From Nymphaea colorata (taxonomy: Eukaryota), in NCBI RefSeq assembly GCF_008831285.2, contig NC_045138.2, positions 2,666,001-2,730,000 of the forward strand: a stretch of DNA of 64,000 nt. The letters run 5' to 3'. The notes under the pieces were generated by a model, which ran no database searches, was not told the DNA's origin, and was given only the letters and a program-made list of their open reading frames with translations. The translations under genes and the position numbers were made by a program. Below are positions 24,570-37,545 of the stretch, in pieces. Numbering within the stretch: the first letter of the stretch is position 1; every line of letters begins with the position of its first letter.

Positions 24570-27500
24570 ATGGAGGGAGGGACAGACAGTGGGAGTGGAT
24601 TTTTTGTCAGGCAGGACGAAAGCGTGTCCCTTGCATGGTCGTGGATCCTCGAAACCCTGGCTGATAGCAAGCAGGTTGATGTTTCCTTGCTTAAAGGCAA
24701 GTCGTGTTTTTAACCTCTTCTCCTTTTATTTATTTCTTTGCTTCTTCCGTTTATTTTTTCCAGTTTTATCTGCGTTTTTCGTGCGTTCAAATCTTTACTT
24801 GTCGATAGGATTTTGTGCGACTTGTTATTTCCTTCTTTATTTGTTCTAATTCAAGGCTCCTATCTTGAAATGTAAACATTTTGCACGCAAATTGAATTGA
24901 ATTATGGTTGCAGCTTTGGTTTCTAGGATTCGGGGATTCGGTGGCAAATTGTTTGACAATGCCAGGGAAAGGATTTCTTTGAGATGCTTGGAGGAAATAT
25001 TGGATTCAAGATCGTCAAATTTGGGTTGTGACCATTCTGTGAGTCCGATTTCATATTTGGACAGAATTGGTCCCTCTGAACGATGTGAAGATGCTTTTCT
25101 TCGATTATCCAAAGCGGTAAAACTAAATCCAATGCTTCCATTCTTTCTTTTTCTTCCATGTGGGTATTCGGAATGTTTGATTGTGGTAGTGGTTTAAGGG
25201 TCTAGCATAATCTTGCTTGCTTAGAATGGTTCATGTTTTCATCCTTTTCTAATTATGGTATGTGTGGGGTGAAAAGATAATGATGTCATGGTCCCGTGGA
25301 CCAGTTTTTCTCTACATATTTATTAAGTGAAGGAAAGTATTTGGCTACTTGCCATTATTTGAGCTATTATATATAATTGTGACTATTATCGTGTAACGAA
25401 CTCCATTCTTCTGATTGTCTTTCGGTTTTTCTGCTACACACCTCAGCACCCTTGACTTATCTTGAACTTAAGACCTTATGCAGTTTCACTCTAGGCTGCT
25501 TTTTCAAAATGTGTGCTTTTGATTTGCAATAGGTTGAATGGTGAAGTTGGCACTTGGCATCTCGTTTGTTCTTAAGTTAAGTACCAGTTCATCTCTGCTA
25601 AAGGTGAAAGAGTGTCTTGTCAATCAAATTCAAACATCTCTGGGTTTGTTTTGGATGTCTGCTGGTTGTGTGAAGAAACTGTAGCATGTGAAACTCTCCT
25701 ACTCCATAAACAAACCCAGAGCTGAATGTTGTATTATCATCTGCCAAACTAGTTTGCCTATCTTATTTGCATGTAAGCTCCTTTCATAATTTTTTTTAGC
25801 ATTCATTGTGTGGGTATTTTCAAATGATTTAGAGGTTAGAAGTTAATGTTAGTTGTTACAAGCAATGCTGTAAACCAGCGCATCGTAACGTGTATTGGTC
25901 GGACCGACCTTATCGTAACGTATTGTAAGCATATAGCAAACATATCTTAAAATTTTCTTCTAATTCATAGAAAATAAAAAAAATCAAGAAAAAGAGAGAA
26001 AAATTCAGAAAAATCTTGAAAAATAAAGAAAAATATGTTCTATATAAAAAAACTCATTAGACACATAATGAACGTTCATGATTTATCATTCATGAGTAAC
26101 GACACATTAATAAAATAAAGTCTAAGCTTTAAAGTATTTTACATCACATCAATACATATAATCCATAGTTGTTGACTGTCAAATGAGAACTGAAATAATG
26201 TTTATGATTAAATAACATCATGATTATTATTGATCGATACAATAATCATTATCTTTTTCATCTTTATCCTCATCCCTTCACACTGGTGATTTCTCCCTTA
26301 AGACAATGATTTTTTTGGCAATTTCTTTTTCAAATGGTGAAAACTCACCCTCCCACAACTCTTAGAAGTATTGAAAATGAAACGTGAGGAATGTTTTGAA
26401 AAAATCTCAACAAAACTGTGGGCATCAGTCCCCAATCTGAAAAATAGAGACTTTGCTGGGTGAGTTATGACTTACTGGGTTTATGTGCAATGAAATATCT
26501 ATAAAATGCAAAAAACTTCAATAATAAGTTGGCTACAAATACATTATTAGTATATTCATAGGTATCTTCTGTGTAATACCATACAAATTTGATAGCATAT
26601 ATGTATATTTACAATTATGCACAATTTTTCACATCATTTGACGTCATTTACATAAGTGACTCAACTCAACTACACCAACCTGTTACTCGGCTTACTTGAC
26701 CCAAACTAGGATGACTTCACCTGGTTGTTCCATGACTCGGCCAGATGATGTCAATTTTTGGTTTTTTCATTTCTTTAGACCAGGTTGAGGACTGCGTCAC
26801 CAAGTCATCCGAGTAAACTTGGTTGACTCACCATGTTTTAAAAACTGGATATGCAATTTTGAAATTTCACAAAAATTCTGATTGTTGGATGCCGGCAATA
26901 TTTATCTGAAAACTAGATCAAGGCACTTTTATTTTTTGTCATTCATTTTGAATAAAATGATTCCTTATGTAATTTGCTTTTTTGCCTCTTTTGGTAAGCA
27001 AGTTAGTAGGGGCGTGGCAAACACGTGAATATCTTCTAAGCGATACTTCGTAGACACTGGAAACTTGACCTAGGCATCATAGTTCTAACTCAATTCTAAG
27101 ATAATAAAATATCCAATTTTCATGTATTTATATGTTCATTGTATCATTTTAATCATTTTTCCCTGTTCATTTCTCATCCAGTTCTTTTTTTATCACTCTT
27201 CTAGCAGTTTTTTTGTGTGTTATAGTTTAATTCTATGTTATCGTAATTCTTGCTTCTGAAGAATTTTAAGATTCCTTGTTTTTTGCTTTCCACTTTCTAT
27301 ATTTTTTACTTGTTTGCTTCCTTGCACTACGCCACTACCTTAGTTTGGATTGTAGCCAATAATGACAAAGACAGACATATTCCCAACATAAATTGAACAT
27401 CTAAAATGCATGAGTTATATCATCAGATCTTGATTTTCATACAAACCTCCTGTTTGTTTCTGCACCCCTACCTCTCTCCATAAAGCTCTTATTTTGTACT

Positions 27501-30181
27501 TGATTTATATCCTCTTTTCCAAATTTTTCTACTCTTTAGGATTATCATGCAAACTAGATCTGGTCAGCTTTCAAAATTTATGAGACGAGGAGTACATATG
27601 TATCGAAGCGGGATTTTATGCCAGGACTTTTTTTGAAGTTTTTTCCTGTATTCAATTCATGTGCTGATCACTATGCCATTGTTGGCTGGATGGAAAATGG
27701 TTGTTCAGGTACTACTTATACGGAGTGCTTGTCTGATTGACAGGTCTACTGTGGGCCTCTACAAACTGGTTAAAGTTATTGAGAATGATCATGGGAATTT
27801 AACAAACTTGAAGATTTATTGAGAGGCTTAGGCTTTTGGATACTATTCATTTGCACTAGATATATTACCTAGAAATTGCAAGGTTCAATTTTGTGGTTTA
27901 ATTGGCATTTTTCTTGTTTCACTTATGGCTGAGAGGTAATTTTCTGAAAAATTCAGGTACATTCTACGGCTAATAGCCAAAAGCAGTTGGAGCTGCTCAG
28001 ACATGATGTACAGCAAAGAAGAACTTCCCTTGGTAAACCTCCTCTGGAGAAGGTAGTGTGACATTATTAGCTAGCCTATTTCTGATTTTTGAGGCTGGTA
28101 GCTGAAAGATAATGCACACACACACACTCTCTCTCTCTCTCTCTCTCATATCTTTGCACACATGGCAAACTTTTTTAATCACCTGTGAATTCTGGAATTT
28201 CTTTTCTTTTCTAACTTCAGCATCTGCTTTCTCAGATTTTGGAAGGTGTTTCGGACAGAGAAAATGAAAGCCAAGTGAGCAATCGGGGAGATCCCACAAG
28301 CACTGATGGACCTAGACCCTCAAAAAGGTGTAAAAGGACATGTGTTCAGCTCTTGAAGGAGCTTGCTGCTGGATCAATTCCTGATGCCAGGCATGATGTT
28401 TCTTCAGAAACGGAGGAACTTGGGCCTTCTGAAAGGTGTCAAACCTTTGACGTCCATGATATCCAGCTCCCAAAGGAGAATAATGATGCACCAGTTTCTT
28501 GTGCAGAGCTTGATGTACCACAAACTAGAGAGCAGTCCAATCAACAGGGCATATGCCATGGTGATAAAGCCAGAACTAGGAAGGCCCATTTTCTTGAATC
28601 GGACACTACAGTGATGCATAAAGAGGACCAGTTGTCCCATAGAGAGAAGCACAAAGCTCCTGCCCCTCAAAGCCAAAAATCTGTTGACGATGCCTCCACC
28701 AATGATGTATTTGCTCATGAGGTTTCTCATGGTAATGGCATAATACCAGAAACATCAAGAAGCAGCGGTGGGTTTTCTGATGCCGTCCCTGTTCTGAGCC
28801 AACGTGTTGGCCAAAATGAAGGCTTGCATGCTGGGACAAGCACGTTACCAAGTTTTGGAGGCCCCGTTGATCATGCCTCTCTTACTGTTGGGAGTGAACA
28901 AGGATTTTGCATCAAGTGCAATGAAGGTGGAAACTTGCTTTCTTGTGATAGTATAGGATGTCCAATTTTGGTACATGACTCATGCTTGGGTTCATCTGCA
29001 AGTTTTGACAACAGTGGCAAATTCTACTGTCCATACTGCTTATACAGGCTTGCTGCAGCTGCATACAGAGAAGCAAAGGAGAAAGTTTCACTAGCCCGAA
29101 AAGCATTATTATCTTTCATGAGGACAGATCTGACAGATAGGCAACTAGAAGAGGGACCTACGCACAGGGTTAAAGCACATTCTGCCCATTCTCAAGAGGC
29201 ACTAGCAAATCACGTTGGTTGCTCTGATGAGAATGGTGAAATTAAGCAACAGCGAGCAGATTGCCTGCTTCCTAAAGATGTCCGCTGTAGTGATGGAAGA
29301 TCATTCTGTGAAGGGGCAGAAAATGGTGACAATGATCAATTTGCACTAAATGGCAAAAAAGAAACTAAATGTCCAGAACAGACAGACAGGTCTCTTGATG
29401 ATGCAGACAAGACTGAAGAAAATACTGTTGAAAGCCAAAAGAAAGACAGTGAATCCCCCTCCAGTACACTCAGGGTATCTCGTAGAAGACCAGCTAAGCG
29501 CTAGTAAGTTCGGATGACATTCTCTATATATGCGTATCATCTTAGCATGTTAAAACTTGTACTATGGCCTATATCAAAAAAATTCTTTTACCAAATAGTG
29601 GGTCTTGGATACTTGGAAAACTCTGCTTATATATGTATTTTCTGGATTTTCTCTTGCAGTGCAAACAGCATGTTTCCTTATTTGAGGCGAAAGAAACTCC
29701 CATGGACCAAAGAAGAGGAAGACGCTTTGAAGGTATGCCACTACATAAATTACTTAAATCTTTTCTTAAGCTTATCACATCGGGTAACTCAGGTTTATCT
29801 TCTTGTAATTTTACTATGTTTGGCATTTCATACTTTTTTGTGTTGGGTTTACAGCAATCCATGTGTGTTTTTGAGTTAGCTTGGTGCCTGGTGGTTTACT
29901 TTGTTTAGGTTGTGGACAGTCCGCTCTTTTGTTCTCTGCCTTCCGATTTTGCTGTTAATGGTTATGGGTGTTCTGCACTTCCCATGTAGCTGATTGCATG
30001 GATTCATGCTTTACTGATGCAGGAAGGAGTGAGGAAATTTCCTGCAGTAGCAGGCAATGGCTATCCATGGACTAGGATCTTGGAATATGGTCGTCATGTA
30101 TATCATAAAACACGAACACCTATAGACCTGAAGGACAAATGGAGGAACATTCAGCGTCGGGATCTCCCTAAGCAAAGGTGA
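24570..30181 (+). CDS. PHD zinc-finger plus C-terminal telobox Myb/SANT protein (TRF-like, TRFL10/At1g01150-type), 5 exons, ~614 aa
   Basis: Exons 24570-24696 (GC donor), 24914-25116, 28221 or 28236 to 29503, 29660-29732 and 30023-30181 join in frame. N-terminal motifs LAWSWILETLA and NARERISLRCLEE. C4HC3 PHD finger CIKC..CDSIGC..HDSC..CPYC. Myb domain RRKKLPWTKEEEDALKEGVRKF..PWTRILEYG..RTPIDLKDKWRNI. An extra small exon in the 3.1 kb intron cannot be excluded. Confidence 0.85.
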
Positions 30182-31451
30182 TGGCTCACAACCTTCAGTT
30201 AAGTATCGCCTGTAAAGGTAATTTGTTGTATGGTTTCTTCAATTATTGTAAGTTAATGGAAACATTTGAGATCTCATGGTCCCAATGCCCTCCTGATGCG
30301 CGAGTTCAGCTATGAAAGGCTTTCTCTCTCTTTGAAGGGTCTCTTCTCTATAGCACTTAAAGTTTTTGTGAGCACAATAGATATGGGCATATGGCAGTGG
30401 AACTGGTGGTTATGGAGATTGAGGAATGGGTCAGGAAGGTTAAAGAACTCCGCGCCGACGATGGATTCTGCCTTTCTGACTTGTTTATCATGCATGTAGC
30501 CGCCATTCACCTGATTAATGGCTCTGGAATTTGGACTTGAGATATCATTAAATGAGGTGGAAGGAAACTGGAAAAGGGTACAACTACATAAGGAACTAAC
30601 TAATTGGTTAATGAATCTCGTTTTCTCTTTCTTTCTAAAGAATGAGAAGAAATCTGTCTTGCCCAGCCTTTAAGATGGCAATTCGATTTTGATATAAAAC
30701 ACGAATCTATGGAGCAAATAACCACAAAAACATATTCTCAAGTTCCGCTCTTGTGCAAAAAAAAAAAAAAAAAATCCGAAACGTGCCAGTTTGTTAAAAA
30801 TCGATTTAGTCGAGTGCAGTAAAGAAAATAACATCAGTACTTCGTATGCAATTTCTCTTCAAAACCTTTATGCTCAAAAAATTTTCAATCTGGTTAGAAT
30901 CTTGAATCGTTTGCATGTGAATGTTGGATTTTAATTTAGTTGGACACGGTACGATACAATGAAAAATTGGTTCCACCCTAGACTCAAAACTAAACGTGAT
31001 CTGAATGTGAGTAAGTCGGTCCAAAATTGGATGAATTTTTTAAAGCCCAAACCTGACCATCCAACATCTTGGAATTCCTAATCTATGTCTTGAACTTGTT
31101 GTGTCAGACTTTGAAGATGAATCTCCACCAATACTGTGAAACGTGAGAATTTAGACAGGCTGGATTCAGACCGGGAGTAACTTTTATCAGATTCAATTTA
31201 ATCTGATACTACCTAACCTCGGAGAAGGATTCAGATTCAGATTCAGATGAACTTTGCTTATTATGTGGTTCTGATACTCACAGAAATGGGAGATCTGGCG
31301 GATTCTGCAAGAAGAATTTACAATTTGTTAAGGATGAGCGGAATTTTTTTTACATTTGATAAGCAATTTAAGGTGAGTCCCACCCCTAGTAACTCATGTT
31401 AATCTCTCCCTACGGAAGTTGTGATCTCCTCCCACGTCAAAGACCTTGAAA

Positions 31452-31615
31452 GGCTGTTTGATGCGAGGAACGGATGTGTTCCAGTCACATGGGACGCGGT
31501 GATCCTTTCCTGGCGGACAGTGATTCTCAGAATTTTTTTGTGTGGAACTCACTCTCCGGTTTGTGCGGTAGAATAGACGCGGACATTCGGTTTTCTGTTA
31601 CCCGCATCAAACGAC
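31452..31615. mobile_element. Tourist-like MITE
   Basis: Inverted ends GGCTGTTTGATGCGAGGAAC / GTTACCCGCATCAAACGAC; ~165 bp. Confidence 0.6.
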
Positions 31616-32495
31616 ATTAAATCCAGCATACGGAGCCATGGACGTAGCAGTTACAGGATAATGGACAGAGCTGCTATTGACAAGTTACAATGAAAACTAA
31701 AACATGTGATTAGTCTGGTAAGCATAAAACAAGGATTATTTGGCGGTTTTGGCAAAGAATACGAAAACCACATTTAGAAATTTCAGGATATAATGTGGGC
31801 TTCTGACACTAATGGTGAAAGCATTGAACTTAAATGAAGGCAAAAAAACATTGAACTTAAATGAAAGTTTTTGCCATCACAAGATAAAGATAAATAGATG
31901 AAAGACAGAATTGAAATAAGAAACACACTGTCCTTGAAATGGTGATCATTAGAAAAAGTCTCAAGTAAGAGACTGAAAAGTAATTTATGATGGTATGATG
32001 GTCTGGTGAGGCCAAAACTCCTTCCCCTTTACATGTACCTTCGGGGTCCAGATGGGGAGTGGGACACCCATCAACTAAAGTATCACATATGCACCATGTG
32101 CACCATTAGCAATTCAGAAGAATAGTACACACAAGAATCAAATTGACGACCAAACTTTCATCGCCCATCAGTCCGACATTAAAATCCCTCACTATGTATT
32201 GTAGCTATTTCTCAACATCTATTTCTATGAGTTTTGTAAAGCACTTTTTTAAGATAAAGTTAGCTAAATAGTTGTCTTACCATATTGTTAGCGCACATAT
32301 AGCTAATTCCATGTAGTAGCTGAAATGTTTTGGGTGTTATAGGAGCTTATGATCTAGTTGATCTGCACTTTTAGTTTCCATCCATCTTAGCATCTTAGAA
32401 TTGTTGGATCTCAGGGAGGAAGCTGAACCTGAGAATCCAGTTCCTTTTTTCATTAGATTTATGGTTACATTATTTGTAACTTCCTTCTTCGTAGG

Positions 32496-32680
32496 CAGGG
32501 GCAGAGGGAGGGGGGGCCTGCCTAGGCCATGGCCCGGGTGAGCTCAGGATTTTTTTTTTTACATTGAAAAAATCAATTTTTTTTAGTTTGGCCTGACCGG
32601 TCACTCCTCTTGACCCGACCCTGGCCCGGCCCACAAGTCGTCTTAGCCTGACCCTAAAAAAAATCCTAGCTTTGCCCCTG
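32496..32680. mobile_element. Intact hAT-type MITE (185 bp) upstream of the ATP synthase delta' gene
   Basis: TIRs CAGGGGCAGAG / CTTTGCCCCTG. Perfect 8-bp TSD TTCGTAGG at 32488-32495 and 32681-32688. Confidence 0.9.
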
Positions 32681-33163
32681 TTCGTAGGCAAAGCTGACTA
32701 GAAATGTCTCTTGCTTCAAGGCATGAATCGTATAAATGTGCTTTATATTAGCAAGGAGTTAGCCAATTTCATGAAACTTTATCTTATTAGATCACAGCTG
32801 AAAAGCAAGTCAAAATAGAAAAACCTGTATTGAATCTAGTGATAATCATACTCCGATTAATTATTTACATTGTACCAAGGTAAGAATACAGTGAAGTTTA
32901 TAAATTTTTCCTTGCCTCCAATGAGAAGTTGAACTGCATATATAGGCAAGCAATGCTAGTCAACCTCATTTAAGTGGCAGGTCAGCTCGAGAGCAGTGCA
33001 GATTTGAAGGCGCACGTTACTGGATCGGATAAAATTGATCAGTGCTTAGATCCAAATCCAAATCCGTCTTATGTTGGCCGTCTCCCTCTTCACTACCTTC
33101 TCCTCATTCGTTCACGCAGAGGGAGAGAGAGCCCCCGTTCGATTTTAGTCGATCTCTGTCGCT

Positions 33164-36100
33164 ATGATCCGTCAATCGTCGTCGTGCCTTCGGCTTTTGA
33201 AGAGGGGAGGATCCCTCCTCTCTGCGAATCGATCTCGCTTCATCTCGTCGGCGGCGGCGGATGTGCCGGCCACCGCAACGGAAAATTCCACCTTCATCGA
33301 GGCGTGGAAGAAGGTTGTCCCCAACATCGACCCACCAAAGACTCCGCTCTCTTTCATGACCCCACGACCGCCCGTTCCTTCCTCCATCCCTTCCAAGCTT
33401 ACCGTCAATTTCGTGCTTCCTTACCTGTCGGAGCTGTCGGCTAAAGAGGTAAGAATAACAAGAGCTCCTTTTCTGTTTTCTCTGATTACTTTCTGCTGGT
33501 CGACCCTTCTCAGCTAGTCAATATGGTTGTTCACAAATTGCTCACTCTTAGTTTCGTGTATGATGGTGGTTGGATTCATAGATTGGGGATTGTGACTAGT
33601 CAAATGTGGTTGAATCTGATGCTTTCGCATCTTTGGTTCTACTAAAGCGTTTAGAGAGATATGGGTAGTATAGATAATTGAAATGTCAGAGTGTTCATGG
33701 CATGCCAAGAGTTCTGGTTCTTGTTATTTTCCATAAAGGGCGTGCTCTTATATGCCATTAGTCACTCCATCCGATTGTACTGCATGGGCAGGTACTCGAA
33801 TGTACGCTAGTGTAGATTGTCCGCACGTAGAGGTTATTTGGAGTGACCTAACCCTAAAAAAATGTTGGTTTTTGACGATGCTGGTAACTGTTATCTCGTG
33901 AAATGAAAAAGGCAATTTGAGGATAAATCTGCTTTTGTTTAGGTTGTTAGTCATCTACTTTCTCAAATATGAGAACTTTTATGTAGTAAAGAAACTAGTG
34001 CTTGTAGTGTCCCTTTTTGATATTTTCGATGGTTTTACTGCGATTCTCTCGTCCATAGTTACTTATCATAGTAGAGATGAGAACGCCTCTCTTTTGACCC
34101 AGTTGCTCTCTTTTTTTATCAGTTACGCGCTAGTTTTATGGGTTCCTAATTCTAGATTTGATGCCATTACTCCACTGCTCCTATTTTGTCATTCATTGTG
34201 CATATTAGGTCCTTTTTTCTCTTATTTTCGTTTCTCATTGCTTTCTTAACAGTCCTTCAAAAGTTCAGGTTGACAGTTCCATTGCTAGTAGTGATTTTCT
34301 GAAGTTATGAACAGTTGAAAGTACTAAATCGGTCGTGAATCACCATTGTTTATGCCTATTCTTGAGCGTGTTTGTTTTCAAGTTACAGACAGCATTTACA
34401 CTTAAAGGCCCTCTTCTATTTGCCTTTGTTTTTTCTTAGAACTTGGTGCTTGGCAACATAAACCTTGTATTCTTTGGCTTTTCTGGGATGCGTTTTTAAC
34501 CAATTACTTTATCAATCACCATTTCAAACATATTTAACATTCTTTTTTCCCTACAATGTTTGCAATATTTTCTGCCTAACTAGCTTATTCTCATGGGGAA
34601 TATTTTATCAATGGTTCCTTTGATATGTATCATTTCTGTGTTTGGTTTGCTTTTGGTATAAGATGTATAGTATGCAGCATGTGCTACTAATTTCTTTATT
34701 TTCCTTGCAGGACACAGCACTGTTGTTTCTAGATTTTATTTTGATCGAATTATGTGTATTTAGCAAGTAGAGAACAAAAATTTTTGCACCATAATGTATG
34801 ACCGCAATCTTTCTTATTCAATGTGTAACGACGTAAACGGTATGCTAATGTTACGTACATGCATGTTCTCCGCACCTGCATCCACGTCTATGTGGCATGG
34901 TCAAAGCTTTTTGCGATGCATGGTTGGGAGTTTGGTTGGTCATGCTAATATTTTTCTAAGTGGTGACTTATATTTTAACTGTAATAGTTTGCTGCTCTTT
35001 GCTTTATCAAGTGCATTTGTTGGTGGCTGTTATTTCATTCATTTATCTAGTTCCATTGGTATTTGCATCTTATATTAGGTGCTTATTTTTCGGCTTTCTC
35101 TATTTTTTTATTATTATATTTTTTTGAGTTGTGAATTTATGAATTGAAGTCTGACACGTTATTTTGGTGCATTATGTTAATTGCTTTGTCATGGAATGCT
35201 CCTTTTAGTTTTTCGTATATATGAGGTGTATTTCTGTCATTTCTAATTTTCGATCATCTACTAATCTGTTTGTGGACGTTTTATAAAACCAGCAACTGTT
35301 AACACATTGTGCATAAGATTATTGTCTATAGATGATTCAGTGAGTGCCAGAGTTCTGCTCTTTATTTTCATTGGTATCTCCTACTGTTAGTCCTACTTCA
35401 TTTTCCAGAGGTTTCCAGTGGCATTATCCTGCATTTTTAAGAATTAGTTTGGTAGTATCTGGTTGTGATGCTAGTTATGATGAGAGATAAATTAACTAAA
35501 GGTGGAAATTTAGCGCACTGGTTGTAGGGGGATCAAATAAGCATATAGCTATTGCAGTTTATATTGAAGTTCATTCAGAATGATGTTGCAGCATCATCTG
35601 ATCATGTGAAATGTGAAAGCCCAACTTGGGATGTGGCAGCCTTGCGGCTTGCTTTTGGACGAGTAGTATTAAAGGTGCAAGGATAAGAATGTCATGCTCA
35701 TGGATTGCAATATTTGGGAGATGAGATCAATATCTCTATTTTGCATGTCCAGAAAGATGTATGTGCTTCTAATTTCCTAATTTGCTGGATAGCAGCATGA
35801 AGGGTAATCATTTAGTGAAGCACCTGATGGACTTGTCTGGAAGGAGATCGGAAAATGGATAGCAACATAAATTCTAAATTCTATTTCTATGATAACAGAA
35901 AAGTTTGCAGGGTGCTGTTTCAGGGTTATATTCCATTTTTCCAAATGAATGATATTGAAGAAAAAATAAAAATGAATGATATTGAAGAAAAAAATAAACA
36001 TCTAGACACAAAATAGAATAATGCAAACATTTGTACCTGAACACTTACAAACGACATTTAGAGAATTTTGTGCATGGACTGTATGGATGAAGACAAATTA

Positions 36101-37545
36101 AGAACTACAAGGTTTTGACAGCATCTTTATGTCCTTCTGAAATTGTGTCCACACATTCATTTGAAATTAAGAATGGTAGCTGGTCTTCTTTCTTTAACGA
36201 CTTTGCCCTTCTAGGTTGATTTCTGTGGGGAAATTGTGGTTCTCCATAAATTCTTCTCATGTGCCGTTCAGTTGAAGAGAATTAAGCAAATCCTCCCTGA
36301 TTCTTCTCCTCTCCTGTTATATGTTGGTTGTTTTGCAGTGCTATAATGATGACAATGCTTGCCTTTACAAGTAGTTCTCTTCCATCGTAAGTCCAAGCAA
36401 ATGCACTATACTAGAAAACTCACTTTTCTTCTCGAGGTCTCACCGTGTAGTGGATTACTTTGTTAGGTTTTAGTCATTTTACTGCACTTCTTCTAAATAC
36501 TCAAATAATTTACTTGCTATGATAATCAGTGTTAGCTATACTTTTGATCAAATATGTTAGCAATATGCTTTGGAGAGAAGGAACTTGGAGCGGAGTGTCT
36601 GGAGTTTGGATGAAAGTTTTGGCAGCGCTTACCTTTCAACTCGTAGTGTCTTCACCACTCTACCTTGCATTTTTCAGATGTTGTCTTTTGTAAACAACTA
36701 CTATTGACCTTTAAAGATGATCACCTCCAAAGTGTCTTTGTTTTTCTTATACAGATATCTTGCATTTGTATCCATTACTATGGAGTTGACAATATACAAC
36801 TTTCATAAGTTCTAGCAAATGAGCATCCACACTAGTAATTGACTCCAATCAGTTCCAAGTTTCTTATGTCTCTTACGATGCTCCTCACCTGCTGCTTCGC
36901 TATGGTAGTGCTGAAAATGTCAATGATTAAGGTCTGCAAGAGTGGGCAGTATTTAGTGCCTCTCTCTGTACCAGCAGCTGATCTCTTCCTCTGACATGGA
37001 ATCACTAGTGGGAAATTTTGGTTCCTGAAAAGGTCCTCTTCATCAGGACTTGACCATTGTTTCTTGTCTTCTAAGTGAAAATTTTTGTTTGTGCTTTTTC
37101 ACATGGTGTCACTAGTTGATTTGTTGGTGGTCAAGTTTGGGCCATCAGGACTTGACTACTGCTTGTATATTTAGTGAGAAATTTTGCTTGTTGCTTGCAG
37201 GTTGATATGGTCATAATCCCAGCTACAACTGGGCAGATGGGTGTCCTTCCTGGGCATGTGGCAACCATTGCAGAGCTCAAGCCTGGAGTCCTCTCTGTTC
37301 ATGAGGGGAATGATGTAAAGAAATACTTCATTAGTAGTGGTTTTGCATTCATCCATGCCAACTCCTTTGCTGATATAGTTGCAGTAGAAGCGGTGCCAAT
37401 TGACCACATTGATTCAAGTCTGGTTCAGAAGGGTTTGGCAGATTTTCAACAAAAGCTGAATACAGCATCAACTGAGCTAGAGAAGGCAGAAGCACAAATT
37501 GGCATAGATGTTCACAGTGCCCTAAATGCTGCCCTTACTGGTTAG
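33164..37545 (+). CDS. Mitochondrial ATP synthase F1 subunit delta', 2 exons, 209 aa
   Basis: Exon 33164-33448 (GAG|GTAAG) encodes an R/S-rich presequence and [32 protein letters not shown]. Exon 37201-37545 encodes [61 protein letters not shown]. The intron is phase 0 and 3752 bp. Confidence 0.97.

Noticed and set aside
27540..27710. Possible extra exon in the PHD gene intron (TCTTTAG acceptor)
   Set aside because: The phase-0 reading hits a stop (GAT TAT CAT GCA AAC TAG), and the flanking exons already join in frame without it.
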